DNA of 64,000 nucleotides from Mizuhopecten yessoensis. Lineage: Eukaryota. The stretch lies in the NCBI RefSeq assembly GCF_002113885.1, contig NW_018408922.1, positions 1-64,000 on the forward strand, written 5' to 3'. Position numbers and translations under genes: made by a program. This document shows positions 25,501 to 38,300 of this stretch, piece after piece (position 1 is the stretch's first letter; each line of letters starts with the position of its first letter). Under the pieces are notes generated by a model. It did no database searches, was not told the origin of the DNA, and saw only the letters and a program-made list of their open reading frames with translations.

Positions 25501-28500
25501 ATCTGGCATACGCTTTACCCTATTCTAACGAGAATGCCACGAATCATGAAATCAATTCCATACATCTTATAACTTCATGGCCTCCTGTAGTGTGGCTACA
25601 TTTTTTTCCCTCTCGTTTTCTACTTTTCTCATATCGAACACTCTAACTATATATATATGTATGTGGTACATTACATAGAAACGCATACACGCATAAACGA
25701 TGAAACAACTCGGTCGCCTGTGTAAATAGACGTGGTGCTAAGACACCAACCTGTCTTATCCTGATGTCTTGTTGATGATGTTTGTAACAGTCTATCGTGG
25801 ATACAAGTGTTGCATACATCTTACGTATCTTGGAAGTGGTATACCACACATTGACCTGTATATTGAAACACGTTCGTTATGTACATCACGGTATTCTTGC
25901 GTTTTCTTTATTTTGCGAACATTGCATAAAGGGGTTCTATTCGCGATTATCTAATTTTGCAATTGGGAGGAGAAACATGCATTAAAGACAACACGAGAAT
26001 ACTCAAGCGCAATAAAAACTCTAATTGAAACTCAAAAACGATAATAAAAGTGAGCTAAATATGAACAAAGCATATTTTTAAATGGAGACCTTTGGCAACA
26101 TTCCAGGAAAATAAGGCCTAGCGTTCATGAAGGGCACGCATCATCTGCTTCAAAGACGACACCAACCATGTTAGCTGAGCTCAAATCCAATTAATGCCAC
26201 ATCATCAAAGCGCGACTCGGAATATAGACAATAGTTCAAGAAGGAACACTAATGAGTCGATTTTCGAATAACACAAGGTAATAGATCTGGATACATTGTA
26301 TATTTACAGTGATATTATGAGGACGACCACAACATTTGTCCAACTACTTTGTCATTCAGTTAATATCGAAGCCCTTTATTTCAGTTTATCTGTCAGAGCA
26401 TCTATCACGAAATTCATATTATCCATAGCAAGCTCCTAAACACCGAATCAAGAGTGACACATAAACACCGTCGGTTAGGAAGCAGCCAGTAAACGCAGGT
26501 CAAACGATATGCTTTTTGATTACTGTTTTTCCAAATGGACAGTTATTCAAGTCCTCAAAATCATAACGTGTTATTTATCAACTTTTCAAACTGACATTAT
26601 TTTGGAATAAATACCGAAATTAAAACCAACCATTACACTAGGGTAGAATCAGAACGGATAAAACATTCCTCCGAAAACCATTGAAAAAGTATAAGGAGAA
26701 TAAAGACCCACTAGGGGTTCTGGAAGAGAAAACGCCTTCTGCTTCATCAACGCCATCCTTTTTGCAAATATATTTCATACCAAGATAATGTAAAGTTTAC
26801 AAACATAGAACAAGGATAGCGTAGAATTCAACATGAACACTGCACTGCAGTTAACAAACCGAAACAGTAAATATTGGTAAGTCACAATGGAATAGATATG
26901 TCCCAATTATCATGATAAGGACCATTTTATTGTTTATTGTTTTCATCAATTTGCATCTGACAAAACATTTTGCTGTATATTTGTTTGTCAGCAATCGACA
27001 TCTGTCATGGCAGTTGCGGTATTCGGATCACACTAGTGAGTATCCAATCAATGGTACATGTTAATGCAGTAAGTGAGAGAAGCAGGGATGTAACTCTCAA
27101 GAAATTGGAAGATTCATGATGGAAAATAAAAACAGTCATGTTAATCATGAAGCTTTATAGTATGCAATCAATGTCGATCATCTGAAATTAAAAACTATAG
27201 GTCAAATGCTAACGAGGACGACTGCTTACGAAGAGGGATTTGTCCTGTCTATCATTACAACTTCAGGAAGGTGTTAACGTACTACAGGTCAATGACTTTT
27301 TTGTTATCAAAGTCAACATATAAATGATGAATCTGAAAGCAAGATCTTTGTTACCTGATCTGACATACACCTCGATAAATTCATCTCCTGTTGTAAAACA
27401 AAGTCGGTCAAGGAGGATTTTTGTAAAAAGTCTTCCTTAAAAATATCTCCCCGAACTAAAAAAAAAGTGGTATCTACCAGAATTATTTTTTTGTTAACAA
27501 AATTATGAATTATGGCATTTTGGTCAATATATTTATAAAAAGTTTTGCTCAATGACTCGTAAAGCTAACCGTGCTTTTCACACCGTGGTCCTAGAGTCAT
27601 ACAATGCACTGTCATTTGATTGGAAAACAAACATCAAAAGTATAGGGTCTGCAACATTCTATATAACACAAAAGCACGAACTGTCATTTAACACCTTCAA
27701 TGCAGGAACCCAGTAACTGAGATGCATCTTATCCATATTGATATTTTCTTTAAAAGAGTTTAAAAGCAACACATGATTCGTCAGTTTTGCTGGTACATGT
27801 AACACAATTTTTGAATGTCTAAAGTTCATAACAACACGAAATCAGCATGGATTCCTGAATTATTTTCCTCCAATTTTGCAGATAGTATATTTATTAAGCT
27901 TTTATCTCACATTTTTGTACTTTCATATGTTCGCCACTAACCTTTCTGGTGAAATTTCATTTATTAAAATGTGCATGTTTAGATCACTGAATATGTTTTA
28001 TTACTGTGCCAAATGTATGAACGTTTAAAAGTATTAATGTTATAAACACGACTACTCGTCCGTAAATTACTAATAGAAAAATAGAAATAAAGATGAAGCA
28101 CCAGAACATCTAACGGCTAAATTCTTCACTACTCGGTACAGTACGTATCCAGCCGAAGTACAGTGTACGAGGTTAGTAGGTAGATAGTATGTTCGTAGAA
28201 ATAATGTAATAAACGCCATCGATTTGCTCGGTTGTGAGTGCCAAGGCTGTTTATACGAGGTTACGGTGGTTACGGTTTACTGCCAAAACAGCAGTGGAAT
28301 TTACAATTGTACCTAATCATACGTCAGTTAGTATCTGTTCCCTCCCCATTTCTATTGGATTTTGTGATAGACGTCCATACATGAATCATATTAAGTACTC
28401 ATGAATGATATAACCCGTGAGTGGAACCTCCAGGCCTCCAAAAGAAACTTGTCAAATTAGTTTCACTGGAATTGATAGTTTGTCTTATTCCAGCTTATAA

Positions 28501-28899
28501 GTATTAAAGTTTTTTTGATTTTCACCAAAATACCTAAAATCGAATCTTTTTCTATCTTTTCAAAGTTTTGAACATGTCAAATTAAAGCAATATTGGTCCA
28601 TGGCATGAACAAATTGTTTGTAAATGATTTAGAATAAGCTACATAAAATATCTTTTTAGAGGGTCTATATTCCAACTTAAAAAAAATATCAAAGTGGAAA
28701 AAAAATCATGTTTATTTTTGCAATTTGCAAACTTCTTTAATCGTCCACTACAATCAACTTATATTTTGATGTACTTTTGAAACATGAATATAGCAAGGTA
28801 TCGTTTGATTATATAACTCACTTAAAATATCAAAAGAAGCAATTAAAACAAAAGTAAATTATTACAACTTATACTCACCAGGTGTTCTTTTGTACACAT
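19474..28899 (-). CDS. Calmodulin-like protein C (164 aa), join(28899-28879,24693-24648,21133-20990,20690-20445,19511-19474)
   Basis: [164 protein letters not shown]. The first exon is the least certain part. Confidence 0.88.
20269..20414. mobile_element. MITE-like hairpin element
   Basis: Left arm actatatctgttatgaccctttcc..tcttatagtgtt..gggaggt pairs with right arm acctcccc..aacactataaga..ggaaagggccataatagaatagt. Confidence 0.7.
20445..20690 (-). CDS. CaML-C 246-nt exon (one-codon insertion)
   Basis: ctttacag|GG AAT GGC ... TAT GAC G|gtaaga. Confidence 0.95.
20990..21133 (-). CDS. CaML-C 144-nt exon
   Basis: attccag|AG ATA CGG GAG ... GCG GAC G|gtacgg. Confidence 0.95.
21316..21512. repeat. 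Decayed copies of the gtgattt..gagttaagg.tatatgctaccttac repeat family
   Basis: Three to four degenerate units matching the 61.1-62.3 kb arrays. Confidence 0.65.
23010..23140. other. Assembly gap (N run)
   Basis: Run of n in CaML-C intron 2. Confidence 1.
24648..24693 (-). CDS. CaML-C exon 2 ([15 protein letters not shown])
   Basis: atgtttcag|GCA AAT CTT ... GAG GAA CAG GTA GCC G|gtgagt; contains LTEEQVA. Confidence 0.9.
28879..28899 (-). CDS. CaML-C probable start exon (MCTKEHL)
   Basis: atcATG TGT ACA AAA GAA CAC CTG|gtgagt; phase 0, in frame with exon 2, with an in-frame TAA upstream. Confidence 0.6.
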
Positions 28900-31179
28900 G
28901 ATAATAAATTGAATGTCTCTTGTCTGAGACTGACCAGTCAGTTATGGTCTCACTGTCCGGCGCAGTGACCGGCAAGGCTGACCTCTCCGGTGGTAAAGAT
29001 GATATGCTGTCAATGCAGGACACAACTTTCACATCAAGTATTCAACGCACACGTGACATGGCTACCGTCCAAAAAAACAGAAGTGCAAAATGTACAACTC
29101 ATATTGAAATTGCACTGTGATCCGTTACGAACATCAGTTTATGTGATACACAATAATATCTAAACAAATAAATTCTCAAACTTCTCACAAACACCAGCCC
29201 CACAGACGTTCGCAGCGACAGTTTTATTACATTACAATTGTACACAACGTATTGATGTCTTATAAACAATGCATAGTCGCGCGTACACTTTGTTGCTCAC
29301 AGCCATCTCTAAATACCAATATACGGCAGAAGTACTATACACCGACGGTACCGTGTGGTTTAACAGTATCTAAGAGGAATTGCATTGATACAGGAGTGTA
29401 TGTGGCACCGTACGGAACAATGCCTCACTGCTTTACAGCATAGGATATAAAAGATGGCTGTCGGTTTCTTTGAATCATCATTAACCTTAGTAGAATAAGC
29501 AATCCGTGTGTCACTCTCTTGTTTCTTTCTCGATATCTTGGATGACGTCTACCGATTTCAACTGTTTTCTTTCGTTTTGTCTCCCTATTCGTCACTATAG
29601 CTCCAGCGGTAAATGCCTTACCGCCTGAGATGCACGACAGTGTTTCCCAGATCAATATATAGATATGGATCACTGGTCCATGAGACCCGAACACCAATGT
29701 GCTTTATGATTTATAACAGTCGTAACATGAGTTAATTGTAAACTACACTATCTTCATATGAATTAAGGAGCACCTCTGGGCACTCATAGAATCTATTATT
29801 TAAACTTTGAAATAGAAAACAGAAACGATGAAAGTACTTTGACAGTCACTTGTTTTATTGGCACCTGTGCAACTAGTAAAACATGGTGGCAGGTCTAATA
29901 CCGTATGCTTGCAGTTTGAGACTATAAATCTTGCTTTACATCCAACACTGGTAAGCTTTCACCCGGAAATGTTCTTGTTTGCACTCGGCTTGAGACCAAG
30001 TGTAAGCGTTATATTTTCCAAAGTGGATCTCAACTGAAAAATAAGGTAACGATTGTTTTTCTCTCGAATCCTTCTTAGTAAAACAAGATCGTTTGCTGCA
30101 GTCAAACATGAGAAGGCTTATCGATCGATATGCTAAGGACATTTCAAGGTGTCTGTGTATTTCGCTGTTAACCCAATTCAACGTGAAATGTGCTTTTTTT
30201 TGTTTGCTCGTCTTTCATTGAGGCAGATATTCAACCGACAGTATAGAACAATGCATACTAAGTATATATCATATTGAAACGTAGGATTGCCATACGTTCA
30301 TGGAAAAATATTTCTTACGAGTTCACAATTAATAACTATTTAATGTTACAGGTTTCCCTCTTTACATTATATATGTAGTTATTGTTGACCAAAGAACTAC
30401 AAATTTTCAACGGATTGTTTTCACAATTCAGAGGAAGGTTAATTACTCTAAAAGCTTCGAGATGTTCGATAACCACCATTATGTGTTCAATTGTCAACAC
30501 GGTGTCCGCTCGATATCTTGAGCGAATTTTAACGGATTATATTCACACTTAATAGGAATGTTAATTGCCATGATGACTTGGATATGTTTGTACTTACATG
30601 TAGTAAGGCTTGTCTACAAGGAAAGCTCCTATCTACATTGGGAAAAAAACAATGTTCGTTTATATGCCACGTTGCTTCCAATATGAGATTACATAGTAAA
30701 TTGCTTTTTTTAGAGTCATAGTGCCTTAATCAGATTTGAATAAACAAATTATCACTGGTTCCACCTGTGGTCAATAAGACATTTTTTCAGACCGGTTATG
30801 TCACCACATACTTATTTGGCGGGAATTTATAAGTTGTCTTAGTTGTCTTAAAATTCCTATAAATGTCGTTTATTGTCGACGTTGAATCCAGGCTTTATCC
30901 CTGTGTGTTGTTTGACGGTTTGGTTTATATTTTGCATCGGCTTTGCCTTCAGATCTTGTTTTTGTGTATGCACGATTTGGTACTTCTTTTTATTGTCTTT
31001 GAAGTTTGGATCTTCTCCTTGTCTATTCATGATTTGGAATATTTTGTCGTTGTGTATAGACGTGGAAGTATAAATCATATGTTAACTTTGTAGTAGATTT
31101 TATGATGGTGTGTCGAAGCTGTAGTATGTTTTGTCCGTGTGCATTGACGCTGTGGTCTAATGTAATCTTTCCCCGTGGT

Positions 31180-31545
31180 AAATAAGAACATCTCACCCCA
31201 AGGGGTACATTTTGTAAGATTCTGAAATGTCTAGCTTGAGATTTTGCGCGAGGGCCAGACATCTAACAGCCTTACCCCGAAGGTTGAGTTTTTTTTGTCC
31301 TACTCTTAAAGTGGGGAATGATTATTTTCTATCACATCAAGTACAAGTGTTGGTTTCATAAAATGCAAACGTTGATTGAATTATTTCGAGCAGCGCGGAG
31401 TTTTCTTCCTCGAACTGCTATTGTTGACGTGACGTCGTTGTATTGTTACCTTGACGTCAATGCATTGTCGAGATGACGTCATGAAGTTGTTATGACAGGG
31501 GAATTCCCCGTATTTTCCCTAGGGTAAGACAGAGATATCTTTACC
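31180..31545. mobile_element. Dispersed non-autonomous repeat (copy 1)
   Basis: Shares tctcac.cc, tattg.tgacgtgacgtc.ttgtatt and gttatga..ggggaattcccc...cctagggt.aga with 35411-35590. Confidence 0.65.
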
Positions 31546-32468
31546 TGGCCAGTAGTGTGGCTATCTTTGTCTAATGAGAGCTAATATAATATCTGTCTAA
31601 GAAAAGGCTGTGTTATTATTGTGTTTTTTTGCTTATGATGATACCGTGTGAGGATTTGTCATTATGTGATGATCATGTATTATGTTAGGTCTCATTTTTA
31701 TGGCACTGGGCCATATTCTGTCCTTGTTAAATGACGCGGTTGTACATTTTGTCTTTGTTTATTGACGTTGTAGAATATGTTCCCTATAGGATGATACTAT
31801 TTTCATAATTCTATCCAAAACGAAACAGAGGGAAGGTTACAGTTTAAACTGTATGATTCGCTATCGTTTTGCCAGCAGCGTAGTAGGGAAAATCGAATCC
31901 ACTCCCTTGTTCAGTGACGGAATTGGCAAAGACACAGCGGGTTACACATTTATAGAAAGCAAATTTTACAAACACATTAAAAATGTATATGAGCAGCTTT
32001 ATTGAAATTCAAGTATGTACAACAAAGTAATATAAAACGTCATCAATAAAATTAAACAACAATAAAATATTTACATACAACAATTTAATCAATAACAAAT
32101 GAAAATATTTATACATTTTCATCACAAACACAATCATATTGTTTCACATTTAGAGAAAAATACATTATTAATGTACCCGTTTTTCTGTAAATGTGAGACA
32201 ATATAACAGAATCAATAAATACTGATAATTACACATAGAACCTCTTCTAAAAATGTTTTTTATGAAACGAGAAAATGATTTTTTTTTATGGCTTCAATAA
32301 ATCTTTGGTAAACTTAACTTCACAGAATTTGGTTACACCAAACTACACAGTAATGTCATTCAGAATGACCATTTTGTCGGATTACACAGGTTCAATTTAC
32401 GAATATACACATAACGTATATGCAGACTGTATTAAACAGAGTTCAGTTTAGACAGGTTTCATTGTATA

Positions 32469-32676
32469 CTATAAAAGTAAAACTTTCGCGTTTGAAAATG
32501 TCCAAGCTGTGACTCTTTAAACTCATTGTGGCATGGAACTGTTCTCGTTAGCAAAGATTTGTAGCTTTAGATTCCAAAGATCCAAAAAAGAAATATTCGC
32601 GTGTGGGTAATTTCGCGCTTATTTCCTTCACACGAAAAACGTTCGCATTTCCGCAAAACCTTTTCCTTTTTTACAG
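32469..32676. mobile_element. Degenerate MITE-like element
   Basis: ctataaaag...tttttacag termini and internal ttcgcg motifs; resembles 4186-4374. Confidence 0.4.
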
Positions 32677-33734
32677 TTTTCTTTAAAGACTTAAATACTT
32701 AAGATTTTTTAAAATAACTCCAATTTCTCAAAGTTCACGGAAAAATGTATAAAGACAATGCAAACACATGATTCATATATGAAGAAAACATCAACACACA
32801 TCTATAAGTCTAGGCACAACATGAGATCATTTTCCGACTTAACTAATGCTATGACAAATATAGCGTTTTAAATGAACATATTTATAAAAATAAACTAATA
32901 TGAAATTTTAGATCATATTGTTTGCTTAAACATCCGTTAATCATTTCGGTTAAACTTATTTTATTACATTTAAAATGTGCGAAAACATGGCAGGCCGGAA
33001 TAAAAATTACTGAATTATTGTCATTATCATAACAAGGAAAACCTGAAGAATTGTTCATTAATAGAGCTACATTTTTTAAAATACGTTACGCATACATTTA
33101 TGATACAGAACAATCACAACTGTCATGATTGATGGGATTATCACATTATTTCGACCTCAATACAAGTTTTTACCAATAATCAGGTAATAAGATTGGTCAC
33201 ACAAAGATTTTCAATTTATTTTATAAAAATGTTAACTATAGTTTTATATATCTTAAATGTATCTGTGTACAACTGAGAATATGTTTTCCTGGTGTTATAG
33301 AATTGAGTATTAAAGCCGTCTCTTGGAAATTTTACATGTATGAACCCTTATATTCTGCTTCCGGGCATGGAATTAATATATACCTTAACAACATATAATC
33401 TGATCGATTTTTAACCAGTGTCCCCAGTAGCATTACATAAGATGAATGTTTTCGTTCTAATATCCAATGCTTTAATTTAAAACCATTTGATTATTAAACG
33501 TGACGCCAGTCATTTGTTGTATAATAACTCTTTCCCCAATTCGATCACACCAATATAGGTAATAGACATAGAACAATAAAAATAACTTTTGAATAAAAAA
33601 GATAATCAATAACATGATATATAATTCTTTGATCGATAATGTCTAGAATAGTTGCACTACTATTGTTGATTAGAGACGTTCCTAACAGATCATTAAGACA
33701 GACACAAGACCTACACCTTTGATTACTATCTTGG

Positions 33735-34265
33735 GACTCTACTGGTAGCGATTCATCGAGACACAAAACATGCAGCTTTGAGCTAGAAGCGAGGGACCTA
33801 CCTGGTAACGGTTAACTGAATATGCAAGGGACCTTCCTGGTAACGGTTAACTGAATATGCAAGGGACCTTCCTGGTAACGGTTAACTGAATATGCAAGGG
33901 ACCTTCCTGGTAACGATTAACTTAACATACAAGGGACTTTCCTGGTGCCGATTTATTGCTACACGGAGCCTAGCGCTTTGTTGTCTATCTGAGGGTCTAT
34001 CCTGGTATATATAAAAGACTATCGATTGCGACACGGAGCCTAGCGCTTTGGTGTCAATCTGACGGTCTTCTATCATGGTAACGAATCTTTGAGACACCCG
34101 ACCTAGTTTTATGAGGCTTATCCGAGAGTCTTATCCGGTAACAAATCTTTGAGACACGGGACCTCGAGCTTTGAATCTTATCCGAAATGTCCATACTGGT
34201 AGCGAATCATTGAAACATAGGCCGTAGAGCTTTGATTTCTATCCACGGGACTATCCTAGTAGCAT
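33735..34265. repeat. Degenerate ~61-bp tandem array containing a young 35-bp array
   Basis: 35-bp unit gggaccttcctggtaacggttaactgaatatgcaa at 33793, 33828, 33863 and 33898; flanking units ctggta.cga....gagacac.g..cctag.gctttg. Confidence 0.85.
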
Positions 34266-35227
34266 GTCCTATATAACTCTATGATGAGCTGGAGATGATA
34301 TTACCTCCAATAAAAGCCACGCTCGCATCGGTAATAGAAAGCCGACCGTCTGCGTGGAAATGGATTGATCTAAATCTAAGGACCAATATGTCCATTCTTG
34401 TACTGTGACAAAGTGATCCGCTGATATATTGGATCAGAGAGGGAGGGGGGGGGGGGGGATATAGAAATAATTAATTAGAAAGTCTGTTCAACAGTTGGTA
34501 TTGTTTACTCTGAAATAAAATGTACGTTGTGTAGTTTTTCTATCGATATAAGTATTGATCGAGCCCTGTTACTATAATTACCATATCAGCATGAGATACG
34601 CTAGCTCACATACACACAGTCTATGAAGCGAATTATCGTAAGTATGCCTGCTGTGGCTTTTCATACTGGTATAACTGTTAAGTATACCATTTAACTATGT
34701 ATTTACATTCTAAACATGTAGTCATTATTCATTGCATTAAACATGTTCCGTGATAATTGCTTTGCTTTTGTGTGTAACGTCAATAATGAACGGTATTTAT
34801 GGGAAAGCATTCCAACCACCATGGGCACTGGAGCGACCAATTCGAAGCTTTTCACTGTGTTTACGAAGCAGACTTCCAAGTGTCACATTATAAAATATTG
34901 AATGGCTTTATAAGCAAAAGGCATGTTCCATTTTTGTCTTTATAATACTATGAACGCTATTTTGTGTAAGTTTATACCATGCGCATGCGTGATAATAATA
35001 AGATAATCAAATAAATGACACGTGAGAGTGTCTTCACTTGTTCCTGTTTTCTAATCAGGATAAAATATACAAAAGGTATCACAGATTGTAATGACTTGTA
35101 GGCAGCCACGTTTTGTGGTAAGAATGAACACCAACGAAAGGAAATGCCGGGATGCTTGTGTTGGGACCTTTTTGTCTTACATCCCTGCCATTTCATTCAT
35201 CTTGCACTGACTCAGTATAAGTATTTT

Positions 35228-35304
35228 CTAAATTGCTATTTGTTCCTGTTGTTCACAATCCGGCTGGTTTACTCCTTCAGGATTTGCCAACATTTTTACA
35301 AATT
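35228..35304 (-). CDS. CaML-D terminal exon with C-terminal extension
   Basis: ccttttatcgttacag|AA TTT GTA AAA ATG TTG GCA AAT CCT ... GCA ATT TAG; 77 nt. Confidence 0.85.
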
Positions 35305-38300
35305 CTGTAACGATAAAAGGATCAAATGACATAAGTTTATGTGTAGTGTTATCTGGATGTTAATATTTAGCAGCACGGCAGCGCAATATATATTCGGATA
35401 GCGTGAAAGACTAATAAAATCTCTCACTCCCTTGGGGGTGAGATAGGGGAATCTCAACCAGAGGGGGAATATTCCTAAGTTGTGTTTTTTTTATTGCTGA
35501 CGTGACGTCATTGTATTATTAACGTCACGGCATACCCTTGTTATGAAAAGGGGAATTCCCCATCTCAATCCTAGGGTGAGATCACACAGGTAAAATATAT
35601 AGTGGATTCACCTTTCCAGGTTAAGAGAAAAATATTTGAATTACCCAAATCAGCCTTTAATAGGTTTAGTTTTATTGAAAACGTATATCACCATTTCCAT
35701 GTCTCTATTTGTAATGCTCAATCATTTCTAGACGCAAATCGTTCAGTTAGATCAATGCGCCCGAATACGATTTTGATTAAAACTAAGTCAATTGTATAAA
35801 CATAATCAACATTTCCGCAATTTATGATGAAATGTGTCGTTTTTAGTCAAACATACCATACATGACAAATTACTCACGAATTACTTCGCTGTACATGAAT
35901 TGACAAACACTTAGTATATTGCAATGAAAAGGTTGGATTCCAAACCAGGCACACTTCATTAAAAGGACGTTTGGCGAATGCCGTTTTTAATATAGATACG
36001 CACCTTCATATTCAATTGTACCGTCGCCATCTAAATCTGCAAGCTCTATCATTTCATCAACATCTTCATCCGGGAGCTTGTCGCCGAGATTTGTCATGAT
36101 GTGACGAAGCTCATCAGCAGTAATGAAACCTCTGTTTTCGCGGTCAAACACTTTGAACGCCTCGAATATTTCTTCCGGACTTCCTTTGTTGGCGTCTTTC
36201 TTCTTCATCATCCGCACGAACTCGTCGAACTCAATAGTTCCGTTACCTAAGTGTGTGAAATAAAACACTTGCATAAGGAATAACACGTTACTATGAAGGA
36301 TGTTTGTCCCACTGCACTGTATTGTTTTGTACATATTACAACCTCCCCTTATTCTCTTTTTGGATATACGTGTAACTTGTAGCACAGGTGGGTCAGGGAT
36401 ATCCCTTAGACTAGTGAGGTCCGTCGGTTAGACCTATACTAAAACACTAAAAAGTCCAAATTATTTTGTTACATTCAGAAGATTGTTTTTGATTGAATTT
36501 TGTTTATTTCATTTTCATACAATTTTTAGATCATAGTTACAGTTTTGTGCAGTGTCACGTGAATCATTAAGAATTATGTATACCAAACTTATCTTAAAAT
36601 ACTTGAAATACGTGCTCAGTATCCAATCATCGGGCATGTTTTATCACTACGTTCCCTTTAATGAAAATTTGATAGCATTAAGTACTTCAGTCGAGTGGTA
36701 GACCTTATATCCTTACTCTTTTTTCGTAAATCCTTTTAAAGCAACATACCAAAATATAATTTTGTTATTACAAACTTTACTAATGTCATCGTGTATTTTA
36801 GCCAAGCACACTTAAGAATGAACACCTCTGAGAAGTCAAAAAAATCCTGTATTAAACTTTTTTTCTTATATGGATTTTTGGAAAAAGGAGTTAATTTCAT
36901 AGAAAATCAAAATCAAAATCAAAAAAATCCGTGTGTTCGTTTCTGTGCTATGATCGGCCAAAGATACCAATTTAACACAATATGTGATTTTAGGTGATTT
37001 GTTAGGTTTTGACCATTTGTATAACAAATTCATACAATTTCTTCCAAGTGTGTAATTGATACAAATATTAATTTCTTTTAAATTTTGGAAGTAAATTTTC
37101 CTAATCTGATTCTTTCAAATCAGAAAGGCGATTTAAGTTACCCCTGCTCCTTATTTTTTTTATAAAGAAAATACTATTTTTTTGCAGATTAAACGCTTTT
37201 TTTGTCCCATAATTATTTGTGTTATTTTTCACCCTTTTCGGGGTCAAAAATCAAAAGTGCTTCAGTTACACAAATTATGTAAAAAAAAAATATATACAAA
37301 TAATGTATAATTTTCCATTTTTTTGCATATTTTTTTATCATATTGAACATTTTAATGTTGTAAAGCAAAATTGAACCTGCTTTAATTAAAAATGGTGACA
37401 CAATGACAATTTAAGGGATCAATCTAGTGTCCAAAAGTGTGAAATTTTGGCCTTTTGTGAAGCGCAATAAATTAATACACATTTTCAAAATGGCCGCCGA
37501 ATTGGTCATTTTTTTAAATTCTTGTAAAAAAGGGTCTGCAAACAACAGGCATCTAGATTTTTGACATATTTTTCAGATGCGTGTTTGCTATTAAACTTGA
37601 TCATATTTTGTTAAATATTACAAAAACCTGTTACACCAGATCTAAACGAGACTTGAACGTGATTCAAACTTCATAAGAGTACATCCTCAATCTCTCATAG
37701 CCTATATAACTGTTGTTCTTTTGTTTTATCCTTAAACTAATCATTATATTTTAAAAGCAGCAGTACCTGTGATATCTTCTATATTTTGGTCAGTTATCAC
37801 GAGGCCACGACCCTATCGCAAGATGCCACGCCCCTATGGTCAGCTATCACGCACTAATGTATATAAGGGCATGCCCATATAGTAGGTTGCCACGCCCCTA
37901 TGGATAGTTATCGCCTTCTAATGATTATGTGGACACGACCCTATCGTAAGTTACCACGCCCATAACGTCAGTTATCACGCGCTAATTGATATAAGGTCAT
38001 GCCCCTATAGTAAGTTGCCATGCCCCTATGGTCAGCTATCACACCCTAATGATTATGGGGCCACGACCCTATCGTAATATGTCACGCCCCTGAGGTCAGT
38101 TATCACGCTCTTATTGATATATGGTCATGCCTCTATCGTCAGATGCCATGCCCCCATGGTTATGGGACCACTCCCCTGTGATTTTTACTCACCCCCAAAC
38201 ATGGTTACTAGTCTACGTCACTTACCGTCTGTGTCCACCTCGAGGACCAGTGCCTCTAGTTCCTCTTCGGTTGGGTTCTCCCCCAGGGATCTCATCACAG

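Noticed and set aside
33007-33050. Acceptor ttcttcag|GTTTTCCTTGTTATG as an alternative CaML-D last exon
   Set aside because: In the required phase it gives no EF-hand helix. The hydrophobic VFLVMIMTIIQ* frame would need a weak GGA|gtaaac donor. Unsupported without RNA data.
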